The notes beneath the pieces were generated by a model. The model was given only the letters and a program-made list of their open reading frames with translations, did not search any database and had not been told where the DNA came from. A DNA stretch of 64,000 bases from Methanobacteriota archaeon. Lineage in GTDB: Archaea; Thermoplasmatota; Thermoplasmata; SG8-5; JAGLSY01. Each line of letters begins with the position of its first letter. Positions within the stretch are counted from its first letter, which is position 1. A program made the position numbers and the translations under genes. Below are positions 9,495 through 19,478 of this stretch, piece by piece. Location: the NCBI GenBank assembly GCA_020696385.1, contig JAEHCQ010000002.1:64001-128000 (forward strand), given 5' to 3'.

Positions 9495-10964
9495 TTAAGA
9501 CCTGGATGTGAATATTTTCCATACATTTCTAACCATGCTCAGAGACCCGGCCTTTAGCATGATCATTGATCCGAAATACAGCAATATACCAAGAACGATC
9601 ATACCAAACAAGATCACAATATTGACATCAATGGCAGATCTCAAAAGATTAATGGCCAGATACATGATGATGGAAGAGAATATCGACTTTGCCAGAAATG
9701 ATCTGTCCAATTTGAACCTGAGAAAACGCTTGGAATAATGAACAGTGATCGCGGCCAATATGAAGAAAGCACCAATTGTGGCAAAGGCTGCGCCTATCAT
9801 TCCAAATATCGGAATTAATACTATATTGAGCATTAGATTGATCAGTGATACCAGTATCGAAATTCCACCAATCAATTTTGTTCGCTTTGCAAGGACAATT
9901 GTTTGAGAGTATACCGCTGATATACCCCAGAACAATGCTCCAGCCCCTACGATCGGGACTATGAGATATCCTTCACTGGCAATAGCCTCTGTTGCTATGA
10001 TCTCAAGAACATCCCTTGAAAAAAGAGCTAAGCCTGCTAGTGCGGGTATTGATATGAATATCACTAATTTGGCGGATAATGAAAGGTATTTTCTCACTTC
10101 CTTTTTCTGGTTCTTATCATACATATCCGAAAGTATGGAAGGCAGAACAAAAACCAGTGGTGCACTAAATATTGAAAGCATGAACCCAAGCATGTATGCA
10201 GGGGAGTAGACTCCAACCATTCCAACGCCCAGATACATTGCCAGCAAGTACCTGTCACCAGAATTGGTTATCCATGATGCGAAGTTCGATGGTATTGTCG
10301 GAATGCCGAAATTCAATAGTTTTTTGATTCTTGAAAATGAAGGCATGGTGATTCCAATGTCCTTGATTATCAAAACAAGCAGTATGCAGAACAGGATGAC
10401 ATTCGTGACAAGTATGGAAAACACTGATTCATAGAGGCCTAGATCATTCAGGATGAAGTAATATACCATGAATACCAGTACATAATTTTGGAACAATATT
10501 CCAAAGGAATATAGTTTCATCTTAAGTAGAGCTCTGAAATAATTCAAGAATAGTAGATTAATAGAATAAAATGGAAATACTAGGGCCATCAATATCACAA
10601 GTTCAGTCATGTCATTGAAGAGAATTGAGGATATCATAGGAGCCAAAAAGAATAGTGCCACGGAAACTATCAGTGACGCTACCAGCACGATCATGAATGA
10701 TGAGTAAAATAGCTCTTTTTTTACCCTATTGCTTTTATTGCCAGACATGAAACGAACAAGAGAAAATGGCAGTCCAAGAGTGAAAACATAGCTCAACATG
10801 GTCAAGGTAACGATGACCAGTATCCACATTCCATAGCTTTCCCCTCCGAGGATCTTAGTTATTAGGGGCAGAAGAAGAAAGCCTCTGAGTGTCACCAGTA
10901 TTCGGGTTATGCCAACAAGGCCAACATTGGATGCAAACTTCTTATACTGTATTGTCACGATCAA
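9495..10964 (-). CDS. Wzx/MOP-family oligosaccharide flippase
   Basis: About 12-14 hydrophobic segments; PLITKILG.E.YG, DRYLL..LG..VGVYS, LIP.FG.IGAA.AT. Confidence 0.9.
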   Translation of the reverse strand: MIVTIQYKKFASNVGLVGITRILVTLRGFLLLPLITKILGGESYGMWILVIVTLTMLSYVFTLGLPFSLVRFMSGNKSNRVKKELFYSSFMIVLVASLIVSVALFFLAPMISSILFNDMTELVILMALVFPFYSINLLFLNYFRALLKMKLYSFGILFQNYVLVFMVYYFILNDLGLYESVFSILVTNVILFCILLVLIIKDIGITMPSFSRIKKLLNFGIPTIPSNFASWITNSGDRYLLAMYLGVGMVGVYSPAYMLGFMLSIFSAPLVFVLPSILSDMYDKNQKKEVRKYLSLSAKLVIFISIPALAGLALFSRDVLEIIATEAIASEGYLIVPIVGAGALFWGISAVYSQTIVLAKRTKLIGGISILVSLINLMLNIVLIPIFGMIGAAFATIGAFFILAAITVHYSKRFLRFKLDRSFLAKSIFSSIIMYLAINLLRSAIDVNIVILFGMIVLGILLYFGSMIMLKAGSLSMVRNVWKIFTSRS

Positions 10965-11051
10965 CCAATAACACTCTCCATATAAAAATATGTTATATTA
11001 TTGTATAAGGAATGAGTGATATATTATAAGATAGAATTATCTGTTGAACTA

Positions 11052-11059
11052 TTTATATA
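11052..11059 (+). promoter_or_regulatory. Probable archaeal TATA box (TTTATATA)
   Basis: Consensus TATA about 40 nt upstream of ATG 11099, in an AT-rich divergent intergenic region. Confidence 0.45.
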
Positions 11060-11098
11060 CTTATAGAATAATATGATTCCGAAACGGCAGGTTCAGAT

Positions 11099-12703
11099 AT
11101 GCAAAATGTGGATGAACAGAAGGATCTTATCAACTGGTTCAAGGAATGGTCAAACAAGGAGATATTTGATGGAAAGAATATCAAGGATCTTCTTGGGTAT
11201 GATGATTATTCATTTTGGTGGTTCATGGATTTCTATATTTACAATAATTTGCAACAAAGAATGAATGGCCAGATTCCAGAGAATCATAAATTGAAAGTAG
11301 CTCTAGCTCCCCATTATTTACTGTTCAGAGCAATAATACGAAAGCTATATAGTTCGATCCTGATGCCTTGGAAGCCTGCGTCTGACAAGGCTGCGGTAAT
11401 GGTAATGAGCCACCGGATCAACTGGAGAGTGAATAGCCGGACTGGTAAAAAAGAAGATCAGTTATTCGACCATATAATCGAGGAACTTGAGAATAAAGGC
11501 CTGAATGTCCTGGCTCTGGATAGAAATCAGGATATGGGATTTAATATATTGAAGGAAAAAAGGAAGCTGAAGCCAGGCCTTTGGAGGCCTGTTGAATCAT
11601 ATGCAAAATTATCAGATATTCTATTTGCTTTTCGCATAAATTCACAATTCAAGCGGAAGTTCAGATCAATTAGGGAAAGTGAGAGATTTAAAAGATCCCT
11701 GGTATACGAAGGGAAGGACATGGGCGATCTCATACTCGAGCCCATGGAGTTGGCCTTCAATTATATTCCAATGGAGGCACTGATCCAAATAAGAGGAATT
11801 GAGAATGCTGTCAGGGATGAGAAATTGAAACTGATGATCCTAAGCCATGAATATGGAACCTATGGCAAGGCTGCTTTTATTGCTGGTAAGAAGACGAAAA
11901 TAAAAACACTGACTATCCAGCATGGTGTCATTCACCCATATCACATGGGATACATTCACACAAAAAACGAGATAGGACAATGGTCACCAAAACATTGTCC
12001 TTTGGCAGATAAGATGGCTGTTTTTGGTGATTATACAAAGGATTTTCTGGTCAATGATTGTAATTCTCCAGATCCTTCCATTGCAATTGTCGGTCAACCA
12101 AAATATGATGTTCTTTATGAGCCAGATAAACATTATAATAAGGCAAAATTCATCAAAGAGAATAAAATCGATGTGAATAAAACATCGATCCTTGTGGCCA
12201 CCCAGAGTGTTCCGGTGATGAGACAGAGAGAAATATTTTTTGAAAACATTATGAAGCTGTCTAAAATTCCAGATGTTCAATTATTAATCAAGCCTCATCC
12301 TGGTGAAGATATTGCATGGCACAAAGCGATGATGGACAAAATAGGTCTAAAGGCCCCGATGATCGATCCCAAATCAGATATTTTTGAGGCCATCAATGCC
12401 ACAGATATCATGGCAACTTTCAATTCCACAACGGCAATTGAAGCTATCATGATGGGCAAGGGGGTGGTGATACTCAACCTGACTGGCCAAGAGGACATAT
12501 TACCCTTTGTAGCAAGCGGGGGGGCCTTGGGGATCTATGATGAAAAGGATCTCATACCCACTGTTTCAAAGATGATGGATGACAAGAAAACAAAAGAAGC
12601 GCTCGCAATAGGAAGGGAGCGGTTCATACAAGAGCATATGCACAAAAATGATGGTAGATCTACAGAAAGGTTCGTCATGCTGGCCATCGAGATGATGAAA
12701 TAG
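11099..12703 (+). CDS. GT-B-fold surface-carbohydrate protein; candidate CMP-nonulosonate transferase
   Basis: IQHG, D..AVFG, VGQPKYD, IKPHPGE, STTAIEA..GK.V motifs as in TagF/capsule/sialyltransferase-like proteins. Abuts the NulO operon. Confidence 0.65.
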   Translation: MQNVDEQKDLINWFKEWSNKEIFDGKNIKDLLGYDDYSFWWFMDFYIYNNLQQRMNGQIPENHKLKVALAPHYLLFRAIIRKLYSSILMPWKPASDKAAVMVMSHRINWRVNSRTGKKEDQLFDHIIEELENKGLNVLALDRNQDMGFNILKEKRKLKPGLWRPVESYAKLSDILFAFRINSQFKRKFRSIRESERFKRSLVYEGKDMGDLILEPMELAFNYIPMEALIQIRGIENAVRDEKLKLMILSHEYGTYGKAAFIAGKKTKIKTLTIQHGVIHPYHMGYIHTKNEIGQWSPKHCPLADKMAVFGDYTKDFLVNDCNSPDPSIAIVGQPKYDVLYEPDKHYNKAKFIKENKIDVNKTSILVATQSVPVMRQREIFFENIMKLSKIPDVQLLIKPHPGEDIAWHKAMMDKIGLKAPMIDPKSDIFEAINATDIMATFNSTTAIEAIMMGKGVVILNLTGQEDILPFVASGGALGIYDEKDLIPTVSKMMDDKKTKEALAIGRERFIQEHMHKNDGRSTERFVMLAIEMMK

Positions 12704-12704
12704 A

Positions 12705-13439
12705 TCATTTCAATTCTTTCTGCTCTATATCACGATTAATTTCAGCAAGTTCTGGTTTGGATCCTAAAAGTGAGATGACATCCATGATCTCTATCAATTT
12801 AGGTGACTCGTATAATTTACTGTATATTTTTTCTATCAATTGAAAATCCTCAGGAGTATCGACACAAAGTCTATATTCGGGATGTGCCAGTCCCTCGTCC
12901 GCTGGCACATTATTAAGCTTGAACTTAACTGGATTCTGATAGAAGTATGGCGTAACATGTTCCCTCTGGAATATTTCATTTGTTTCCTGTCCAGCCAGCT
13001 TCAGCAGATCGGTTGAAAATATCTCAATATCCAAACCTCTTGGATATGTGCGTTCCAGAGTATTGGATGTGTAGTCCGCTCCTGTTTTGATGTGGCTCTC
13101 AATAACCTTATCTATCGTATGGGGGTCAATAAGCGGACAATCCGAGGTGATACGAACTATCATGTCAAGTTCGTATTTTGCCGCGGCTCCAAGATATCTG
13201 GACAATACATCATCCTCAGAACCTCGAAATAATCCCGTATCGGTCATGCTTGCTATCTCGACAAGAGGGTCATCCTGTGGATTTGTAGTTATGGCCAGTA
13301 TGACATAATCGATCTTTTCAGATGCTTTCACACGCTCTATCACGTGCCATAAAAGAGAATGGCCGGACAAGTCCTTGAGCACCTTGTTTGGAAGCCTGGT
13401 GGATGTTGTTCTAGCCTGTATGATCGCTCCGATCTTCAT
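12705..13439 (-). CDS. spsF: SpsF-type nonulosonate cytidylyltransferase
   Basis: IIQARTTSTRLPNKVL, GSEDDVLSRY, RITSDCP, YPRGLD.E, REHVT, RLCVDT.ED. Confidence 0.9.
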   Translation of the reverse strand: MKIGAIIQARTTSTRLPNKVLKDLSGHSLLWHVIERVKASEKIDYVILAITTNPQDDPLVEIASMTDTGLFRGSEDDVLSRYLGAAAKYELDMIVRITSDCPLIDPHTIDKVIESHIKTGADYTSNTLERTYPRGLDIEIFSTDLLKLAGQETNEIFQREHVTPYFYQNPVKFKLNNVPADEGLAHPEYRLCVDTPEDFQLIEKIYSKLYESPKLIEIMDVISLLGSKPELAEINRDIEQKELK

Positions 13440-14182
13440 GACTGTCCACCTCTCTGTAATAATAATTTGAGCTTCATAAGATTATCAAGATCGTCAGAAA
13501 AGCTAGCTCTTGGAGTTTCTAGAGTTAAATAAGCATCATTTGGTAATATGTCCATCAGATGCTTAATATCATAATCACCATCTCCAATATGCAGATGCTC
13601 ATCCTCTGGTTTGGCCATGTGGCCATCAGCAATGTGAAATACCTTTGGCTTCAAAGTCAAGAATTCGGTCATAAACTCCTGATATGGAACTGATAAGCTA
13701 CCTGCGGCCTTCATCGCATGATTGAGGTCAAGGCAAAATCCTAATTTGCCTTTCAATTGATTTATTTGGGAAGGGCTGTATCCGACCATCATTTCTCCAT
13801 TGAGACCAAGCATGGGCATATTTTCCAGCAGAATACGGTCATCGTCGATCTTCGCTAAAAAAGACATTGCGACATCAATTTCTTCAAATCCAGGATGCAT
13901 TATCATATATTTTGCATCCAGTTCATCCGCCCATCGGATGCTGTCATTCAGTAATCCACGAGAGATACTGGCCGAGCTTTTGTCAGATATATTGAAGCCC
14001 CATCTCTCTGTTGTGATGTGGATGATGTAGGGCACATCAAGGTCCTTGAAAGCCTTGATGTCAGTGCCTGGAACTGGTGTCAATTCTATGTATTGGAATT
14101 TATCATCATCGATCATATCGACTGCATCAACCAGCATGTCATTGTTCGATGACCATAATTTCAATCCAAAGTCAATGTTCAT
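13436..14182 (-). CDS. AP-endonuclease-2-like metal-dependent TIM-barrel protein
   Basis: IH, MHPG, LENMP, LDLNHA, FHIADG, DEHL, LETP metal-ligand pattern. Confidence 0.75.
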   Translation of the reverse strand: MNIDFGLKLWSSNNDMLVDAVDMIDDDKFQYIELTPVPGTDIKAFKDLDVPYIIHITTERWGFNISDKSSASISRGLLNDSIRWADELDAKYMIMHPGFEEIDVAMSFLAKIDDDRILLENMPMLGLNGEMMVGYSPSQINQLKGKLGFCLDLNHAMKAAGSLSVPYQEFMTEFLTLKPKVFHIADGHMAKPEDEHLHIGDGDYDIKHLMDILPNDAYLTLETPRASFSDDLDNLMKLKLLLQRGGQS

Positions 14183-14192
14183 GACAACCTCA

Positions 14193-14735
14193 TCATTCTA
14201 TCTCGATAATATCATATTTATAGCTGCCTTTGATGGACTGCCAGTCCTTCTTAAAAATGGCCATCCTGACAATGTTCTTGTATTCTCCCTTCTTGAAAAT
14301 ATGGTCAATGAAAGTACCTTCTATCTTTGACCCGAACTTCTGATGGATCTGAACTACCATTTCATTGTCATCAAAGACCTCGCAGCATAATTTATTCATG
14401 TCCAACTTGAAGAATACATGGTCATACATATTGCATTCCAGACTGCGAGCAATGCCCTTGCCCCTGAAAGATGTATCCGCAATATAATAGGCCCAGAAGC
14501 ACCGTTTATTGGTCCTATCTATTTCTGACAGATTAATAACACCAATATCAGTACCATCGAATTCGATCATCCAGTACAGATATTCACTACTTTCTGATAC
14601 ATTGTCGAACCAGGCCTTTTGAGATTCCCTGGTCAATTCAATATCAGTGTACATGTATTTCGTAACTTCTGGGAGCATTCTCCATTCCATTACCTTGTAA
14701 ATATCCTCTTCTGCCATTTTCCTTAATTTCAACAT
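14193..14735 (-). CDS. pseH: PseH-like GNAT N-acyltransferase
   Basis: V.EWR..PEV..YMYTD, WAYYI, RGKG, KLCCEV...N..V...H.KFG..EG. GAGG RBS before ATG 14735. Confidence 0.8.
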   Translation of the reverse strand: MLKLRKMAEEDIYKVMEWRMLPEVTKYMYTDIELTRESQKAWFDNVSESSEYLYWMIEFDGTDIGVINLSEIDRTNKRCFWAYYIADTSFRGKGIARSLECNMYDHVFFKLDMNKLCCEVFDDNEMVVQIHQKFGSKIEGTFIDHIFKKGEYKNIVRMAIFKKDWQSIKGSYKYDIIEIE

Positions 14736-14745
14736 GCCAATACCT

Positions 14746-15141
14746 CTATAAGACCTTGACAAGAGCTGTCCCGTCTATCACCAGCTCTTCATTCTGATTC
14801 AGGCACCGTGTGCTCAATAAGACCTTGCCCTTATCCAGTAATTCGATTATCTCCACCCGGGCAGTTATAGTGTCATTGATCCTGACAGGAGCGATGTACT
14901 TCACTTCCTGCTTAATCAATATCGAGCCAGGGCCGGGCAGTTCATTCGCTATGACTGATGATATCAAACCTACAGAAAGAACACCATGAACAATTCGTCC
15001 TTTGAAGATCGTGTTCTGTGCATAATCCTCATCCAGATGAACAGGGTTGAAATCACCAGAGACCTTGGCAAATGATTGCACATCCTCATCTGTTATCTGT
15101 TTAGAAACCTCAGCTATCTGGCCTACCTCGAGTTCTGTCAT
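14746..15141 (-). CDS. MaoC/PhaJ-family (R)-specific enoyl-CoA hydratase
   Basis: FA.VSGDFNPVHLD..YA..T.F.GRIVHG and LPGPG: the hydratase-2 motif. Confidence 0.9.
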   Translation of the reverse strand: MTELEVGQIAEVSKQITDEDVQSFAKVSGDFNPVHLDEDYAQNTIFKGRIVHGVLSVGLISSVIANELPGPGSILIKQEVKYIAPVRINDTITARVEIIELLDKGKVLLSTRCLNQNEELVIDGTALVKVL

Positions 15142-15145
15142 ATTA

Positions 15146-16180
15146 TCATTCCACCATTTCCCACATTATCCATTCATCTTCTTTGATGTCTGCTTTGGCC
15201 TTTCGGCCTATCAATTTATCCATCTGTTTAGGAGCTATCCCATATGCTGGCCTCTTGATAATCAGCATTTCCTTTGTGATGGTTTCTCCCATAATGATAT
15301 CACAATTGGCGTGAATGCTACGCCTACCCTTCATGTAATTCTCCTCTTTCTCCAGAGCAGATACTTCCTTAAGGCCAGTTCCGAAGGCCAGTTCCAAATC
15401 CCGAATATTGCTTACCAGAGTCCTTAACTCGTCTGGCTCTATGGCGAAGGAATGATCAGGACCGTCCATGTTCCTGTCCATTGTGAAATGTTTTTCAATT
15501 ACGCACGCCCCCATAGCGACCGCGGCCAATGGAAGATGTATCCCGAGTGTGTGGTCTGAAAATCCAACAGGATTAGCAAAGGCATCTTTCAATGTCTGGA
15601 TGGCCCTAAGATTGACAATATCTGGAGGGCTGGGATAAACTGAATTGCAATGAAGTAAAGCAACTTCACTGTTACCCACTGAACTGGCTACTTGAATAGC
15701 GTCCTGTATCTCCTCCATACTGGCCATCCCGGTCGAGATTATCAATGGCTTGGACTTACTAGCAGTGTATTTTATCAGTTCCAGATCCACTATCTCGAAG
15801 GATGCTATCTTGAATGAATTGGAATGAGCATCCAGAAGATCCGCGGCCTCATTATCGAAGGGCGTGGCCATGAACTCGATCCCTGCGTTTTTGCAATAGT
15901 CCGATAGCAGGGAAATCCACTCCCTGGGGGTTTCATTCTTCTTGATCAATTCATAAATATCCTGATTATCCAGGGATTTGAATCCAGGCGTGTTCTTCGA
16001 ATATAGGTTCTCAGCCTTGAATATCTGGAACTTCACGGCATCCGCGCCTGCCTCGATCGCAGCATCAATGAGCTGTTTGGCAATATCAAAGTCACCATTA
16101 TGATTGGAGCCAGCTTCCGCAATGACGTATACCGGGTGGCCGTCGCCTATCTTCCTTCCATTTATCTCCATGGTCCTCAT
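15146..16180 (-). CDS. Nonulosonic acid synthase (NeuB/PseI/LegI family) with C-terminal SAF domain
   Basis: IAEAGSNHNG, KIASFE, ISTGM, LHCNSVYP, GFSDHT, IEKHFT, GPDH. Confidence 0.95.
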   Translation of the reverse strand: MRTMEINGRKIGDGHPVYVIAEAGSNHNGDFDIAKQLIDAAIEAGADAVKFQIFKAENLYSKNTPGFKSLDNQDIYELIKKNETPREWISLLSDYCKNAGIEFMATPFDNEAADLLDAHSNSFKIASFEIVDLELIKYTASKSKPLIISTGMASMEEIQDAIQVASSVGNSEVALLHCNSVYPSPPDIVNLRAIQTLKDAFANPVGFSDHTLGIHLPLAAVAMGACVIEKHFTMDRNMDGPDHSFAIEPDELRTLVSNIRDLELAFGTGLKEVSALEKEENYMKGRRSIHANCDIIMGETITKEMLIIKRPAYGIAPKQMDKLIGRKAKADIKEDEWIMWEMVE

Positions 16181-16181
16181 A

Positions 16182-17381
16182 TTATCTCGTTCTATAATGG
16201 TCTGTGACCTTCTTTACAGCTTCTATGGTATCCTGCACATCCTGGGCGGACATCGTATGATGGAGAGGGATAGTCAATATCTGGCTGGCTATTTTTTCCG
16301 TGGTGAGATACTGACCCCTCATGTCTCCGAATTTATCTTGATAGTATGGATGATGGTGGATTGGAATGTAATGAACGTTCACACCTATGTTCTCGGCTCT
16401 CAGAGCCTTGAAGATGGTTCCCCTGTCAACTGAGAAATAGTCCTTATCGAAGAGCAAGGTGAAAAGGTGCCAGCCATGCTCGACATCATCGCTCACAAAT
16501 GGAATTGCCACACCCTCGATCCCAGAAAGCTCTTTATCATAAACTGCAACCACTCCCTTCCGTCTCTGGTGGAATTGCTCAAGTTTTCTCAGCTGGCCAA
16601 GACCCAAAGCGGCCTGGATGTCGGTCATTCGGTAATTGAATCCCAGCTCCTGCATCTCGTAGTACCAGCCACCATCACTTCCAAATCTCTTGACACCATC
16701 CTTGTTAATGCCATGATTTCTCAACATGAGGAGCCTTTCATAATATTCCTCATTGTTCGTGGTCACCATACCGCCTTCGCCAGTGGTCATGTTCTTGACC
16801 GGATGGAAGCTGAAGCAGGTCATATCGCTCAAACCACCCATTCTTCGGCCTTTGTATTTGGCTGAGACCGAGTGACAGGCATCCTGGATGAACACAAGAT
16901 CATCATCTTCACACATGTCCCGGAACTCGTCAATAGCACAGGGATGACCAGCATAGTCCACAGGCACAATGGCCTTTGTCCTGTCATTTATTAATTCACC
17001 CGCCTTTTTCGGGTCAAGATTGTATGTGATCGCCTCAATATCGGAGAACACTGGCTTTGCACCGGTATATATCACGCTATTGGACGTGGCTGCAAAACTG
17101 AAAGGAGTGGTGATGGCCTCATGCCCTTTCTTCAGGCCAGCAGCCAGCATGGCCAGATGTAGCGCGGAAGTGCCAGAACTCACGGCCACAGCGAATTTAG
17201 AGCCCGTATACTGCGCGAACTCATTCTCAAACTTCCTCAAAACAGGGCCAGTTGTTATCCAATCAGAACGGAGAACTTCTTCGACCAGCTTGATATCTGC
17301 ATCAGAAATAGATTGCTTGCCGTATGGTAGAAATGTATCACGAACAGGCTTTCCGCCATCTACAGCCAGCTTATCAGCCAT
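16182..17381 (-). CDS. pseC: PseC-like DegT/DnrJ aminotransferase
   Basis: LPYGKQSI, SDWITTGP, DACHS, FSFHPVKNMTTGEGG, LGFNYRMTDIQAALG. Confidence 0.85.
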   Translation of the reverse strand: MADKLAVDGGKPVRDTFLPYGKQSISDADIKLVEEVLRSDWITTGPVLRKFENEFAQYTGSKFAVAVSSGTSALHLAMLAAGLKKGHEAITTPFSFAATSNSVIYTGAKPVFSDIEAITYNLDPKKAGELINDRTKAIVPVDYAGHPCAIDEFRDMCEDDDLVFIQDACHSVSAKYKGRRMGGLSDMTCFSFHPVKNMTTGEGGMVTTNNEEYYERLLMLRNHGINKDGVKRFGSDGGWYYEMQELGFNYRMTDIQAALGLGQLRKLEQFHQRRKGVVAVYDKELSGIEGVAIPFVSDDVEHGWHLFTLLFDKDYFSVDRGTIFKALRAENIGVNVHYIPIHHHPYYQDKFGDMRGQYLTTEKIASQILTIPLHHTMSAQDVQDTIEAVKKVTDHYRTR

Positions 17382-18324
17382 CTTTCATTTCCTCCAGCAT
17401 CCAGGCCTCCAGCTTATCAATGCCTTCCTTCAGTGTGGTTCGGGGAGTCCAGTTAAGCATGCTTTTGGCCTTTGTGGAATCACATACGAGCTTCTGTATC
17501 TCGCTCTGAGGGTGATGGTGCTCAATATGTTTTATCCTGCTTTCGTCCCCCATCACGACCATGGCCAGATCATTAATGTCTATGTCTTCGCCAGTGCCTG
17601 CGTTTATGACCTCGCCAACTGCTTTTTCAGATATGGAAGCAGTGTAGATGAAATCTGCACAATCTTCCACATAGAGAAGATCCCTGGTCTGGGTGCCATC
17701 TCCGAAGATATTCAGGTCCTTGCCATCCAGCTTGTTCTTCACGAATATCGAGACCACTCCGCCCTCCATATTGGTCTTCTGATGGGGACCGTATGTATTG
17801 AAGGGTCTGAGTATCGTAACTGGGTGTCCCAAGCCATGATAGTAGGATATTGCCAAATCCTCGGCCGCGAGCTTCGAACCCGCATACGGGGAAGCTGGTT
17901 TTACCGCCGATAGCTCGCTCAGGGGCTTTTCCAGGGCCACATCGTACACCATGCAGGTGCCGATTATCACGACCTTGGTATTGTGCTTCACGGCATTTTC
18001 CAGCACATTGTAGGTACCAATGACATTGTTGAGAAATGCTTTATGGGGCTCATCCAGACTCTCCTGGACATTGATCTGGGCTGCCAAATGCACGCAGATA
18101 TCCGGGTCGAGATTGAAAGATGAGGATATCTCACCCATATTGGCTACATCGCCGATTGTGAGGCCATGGAAATTGCCCTTTCCTTCGAAGGCCAGTATAT
18201 TCTCCTTATTTCCATTGGAGAGATTGTCGATAATCCAGACATCATGACCCTCATCGAGGAATCTTTTCACCACCCATCGGCCAATAAAACCTGCTCCGCC
18301 AGTTACCAATATCTTCATTTTCAT
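17374..18324 (-). CDS. NAD-dependent nucleotide-sugar epimerase/dehydratase
   Basis: VTGGAGFIG, YAGSK, RPFNTYGP, GDGTQTRD. Confidence 0.9.
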   Translation of the reverse strand: MKMKILVTGGAGFIGRWVVKRFLDEGHDVWIIDNLSNGNKENILAFEGKGNFHGLTIGDVANMGEISSSFNLDPDICVHLAAQINVQESLDEPHKAFLNNVIGTYNVLENAVKHNTKVVIIGTCMVYDVALEKPLSELSAVKPASPYAGSKLAAEDLAISYYHGLGHPVTILRPFNTYGPHQKTNMEGGVVSIFVKNKLDGKDLNIFGDGTQTRDLLYVEDCADFIYTASISEKAVGEVINAGTGEDIDINDLAMVVMGDESRIKHIEHHHPQSEIQKLVCDSTKAKSMLNWTPRTTLKEGIDKLEAWMLEEMKDG

Positions 18325-19343
18325 ACCTCCAAAAGTGAAGCCCGGGATAGAATATCCTTTATCTGGCTCTGATCCAATAGCTCAACATCCTTTGAATTGT
18401 AATTGGGTGATCCAATCTTCGACATAGCTTCGTACTTGGAATATGATATGCCAGACAAGTTAGCCTCTGGCAGAACGATGTACAGGTCATCGGCATCATA
18501 GGATCTTATTATCTCATTCTCTGTCATAAGCTCTTCATAAAGCTTCTCGCCAGGTTTTATGCCAATATTCTGGATATCGACGGAACCCGGGTCTATCCCC
18601 AGCTTCTCGCTCATGTCCGCGATAACGGTTTTAGCAATATCAATTATCCTCGCACTGGGCATCTTGAGGATGAATGTCTCTCCACCCAGCATGATATCCG
18701 ATGCTTTCAAGACCAGGGATGTCGCACCAGCCTCGGACATGATGAAACGGGTCATCCTCTCATCGGTGATGGTCATCTTTCTCTGACCCCTTATCTGGTC
18801 CTTCCACAGGGGTATTATGGAGCCACTGGAACCCAGGACATTGCCGAACCTCACGCATGAGAACTTGGTCTTTTTCTTACCACTGTAATTGTTGGCTGCT
18901 ATGACCAGTTGCTCTCCCAGGAGCTTGGTCGTACCCATGACATTGGTCGGATTCACGGCCTTGTCACTGCTGGTATAGACAACTTTATCAACATTATTAT
19001 TCAAAGCCGCCTTTATCATATTCTGCGCTCCCAGTACATTTGTCTTCACAGCTTCAAAGGGACTGTATTCACAAACGCCCACATGCTTCAGGGCAGCACA
19101 GTGGAACACGATATCGATGTCTTCCATGGCCATATCCAGTCTATCATAGTTCCTCATATCCCCCAGAAAAAATCTTAAATTATCCCCAGAGAAAATCTGC
19201 TGGGTATTGAAAAGCCCAGCCTCATCATTATCAAAGATACGTATCACTTTGGGTTTGTGCCCCATCAATTGTTTTACAAGCGCTTGCCCAATCGTGCCAC
19301 AACCACCAGTGACCAATATGTTCTTTCCAGATAGACCATTCAT
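18321..19343 (-). CDS. UDP-GlcNAc 4,6-dehydratase (PseB/PglF/CapD family)
   Basis: TGGCGTIG, HCAALKHV, SSDKAVNP.NVMGTTK, VRFGNVLGS.GS, MTRF, GIKPGEKLYEEL. Confidence 0.9.
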   Translation of the reverse strand: MNGLSGKNILVTGGCGTIGQALVKQLMGHKPKVIRIFDNDEAGLFNTQQIFSGDNLRFFLGDMRNYDRLDMAMEDIDIVFHCAALKHVGVCEYSPFEAVKTNVLGAQNMIKAALNNNVDKVVYTSSDKAVNPTNVMGTTKLLGEQLVIAANNYSGKKKTKFSCVRFGNVLGSSGSIIPLWKDQIRGQRKMTITDERMTRFIMSEAGATSLVLKASDIMLGGETFILKMPSARIIDIAKTVIADMSEKLGIDPGSVDIQNIGIKPGEKLYEELMTENEIIRSYDADDLYIVLPEANLSGISYSKYEAMSKIGSPNYNSKDVELLDQSQIKDILSRASLLEV

Positions 19344-19478
19344 ATTAACACCATCGACACAAAACCATGGTCGAATATAAAATGCTTACGACCTAGTTAC
19401 TTTTGTAGATATTTCACTAAACGGCCATGGTTGATATTTTGTTAATCCTTATATAGGAAATATCAATATGCGGGTATA

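Noticed and set aside
16969-17913. 314-aa plus-strand ORF
   Set aside because: Antisense to two well-supported genes; no motifs.
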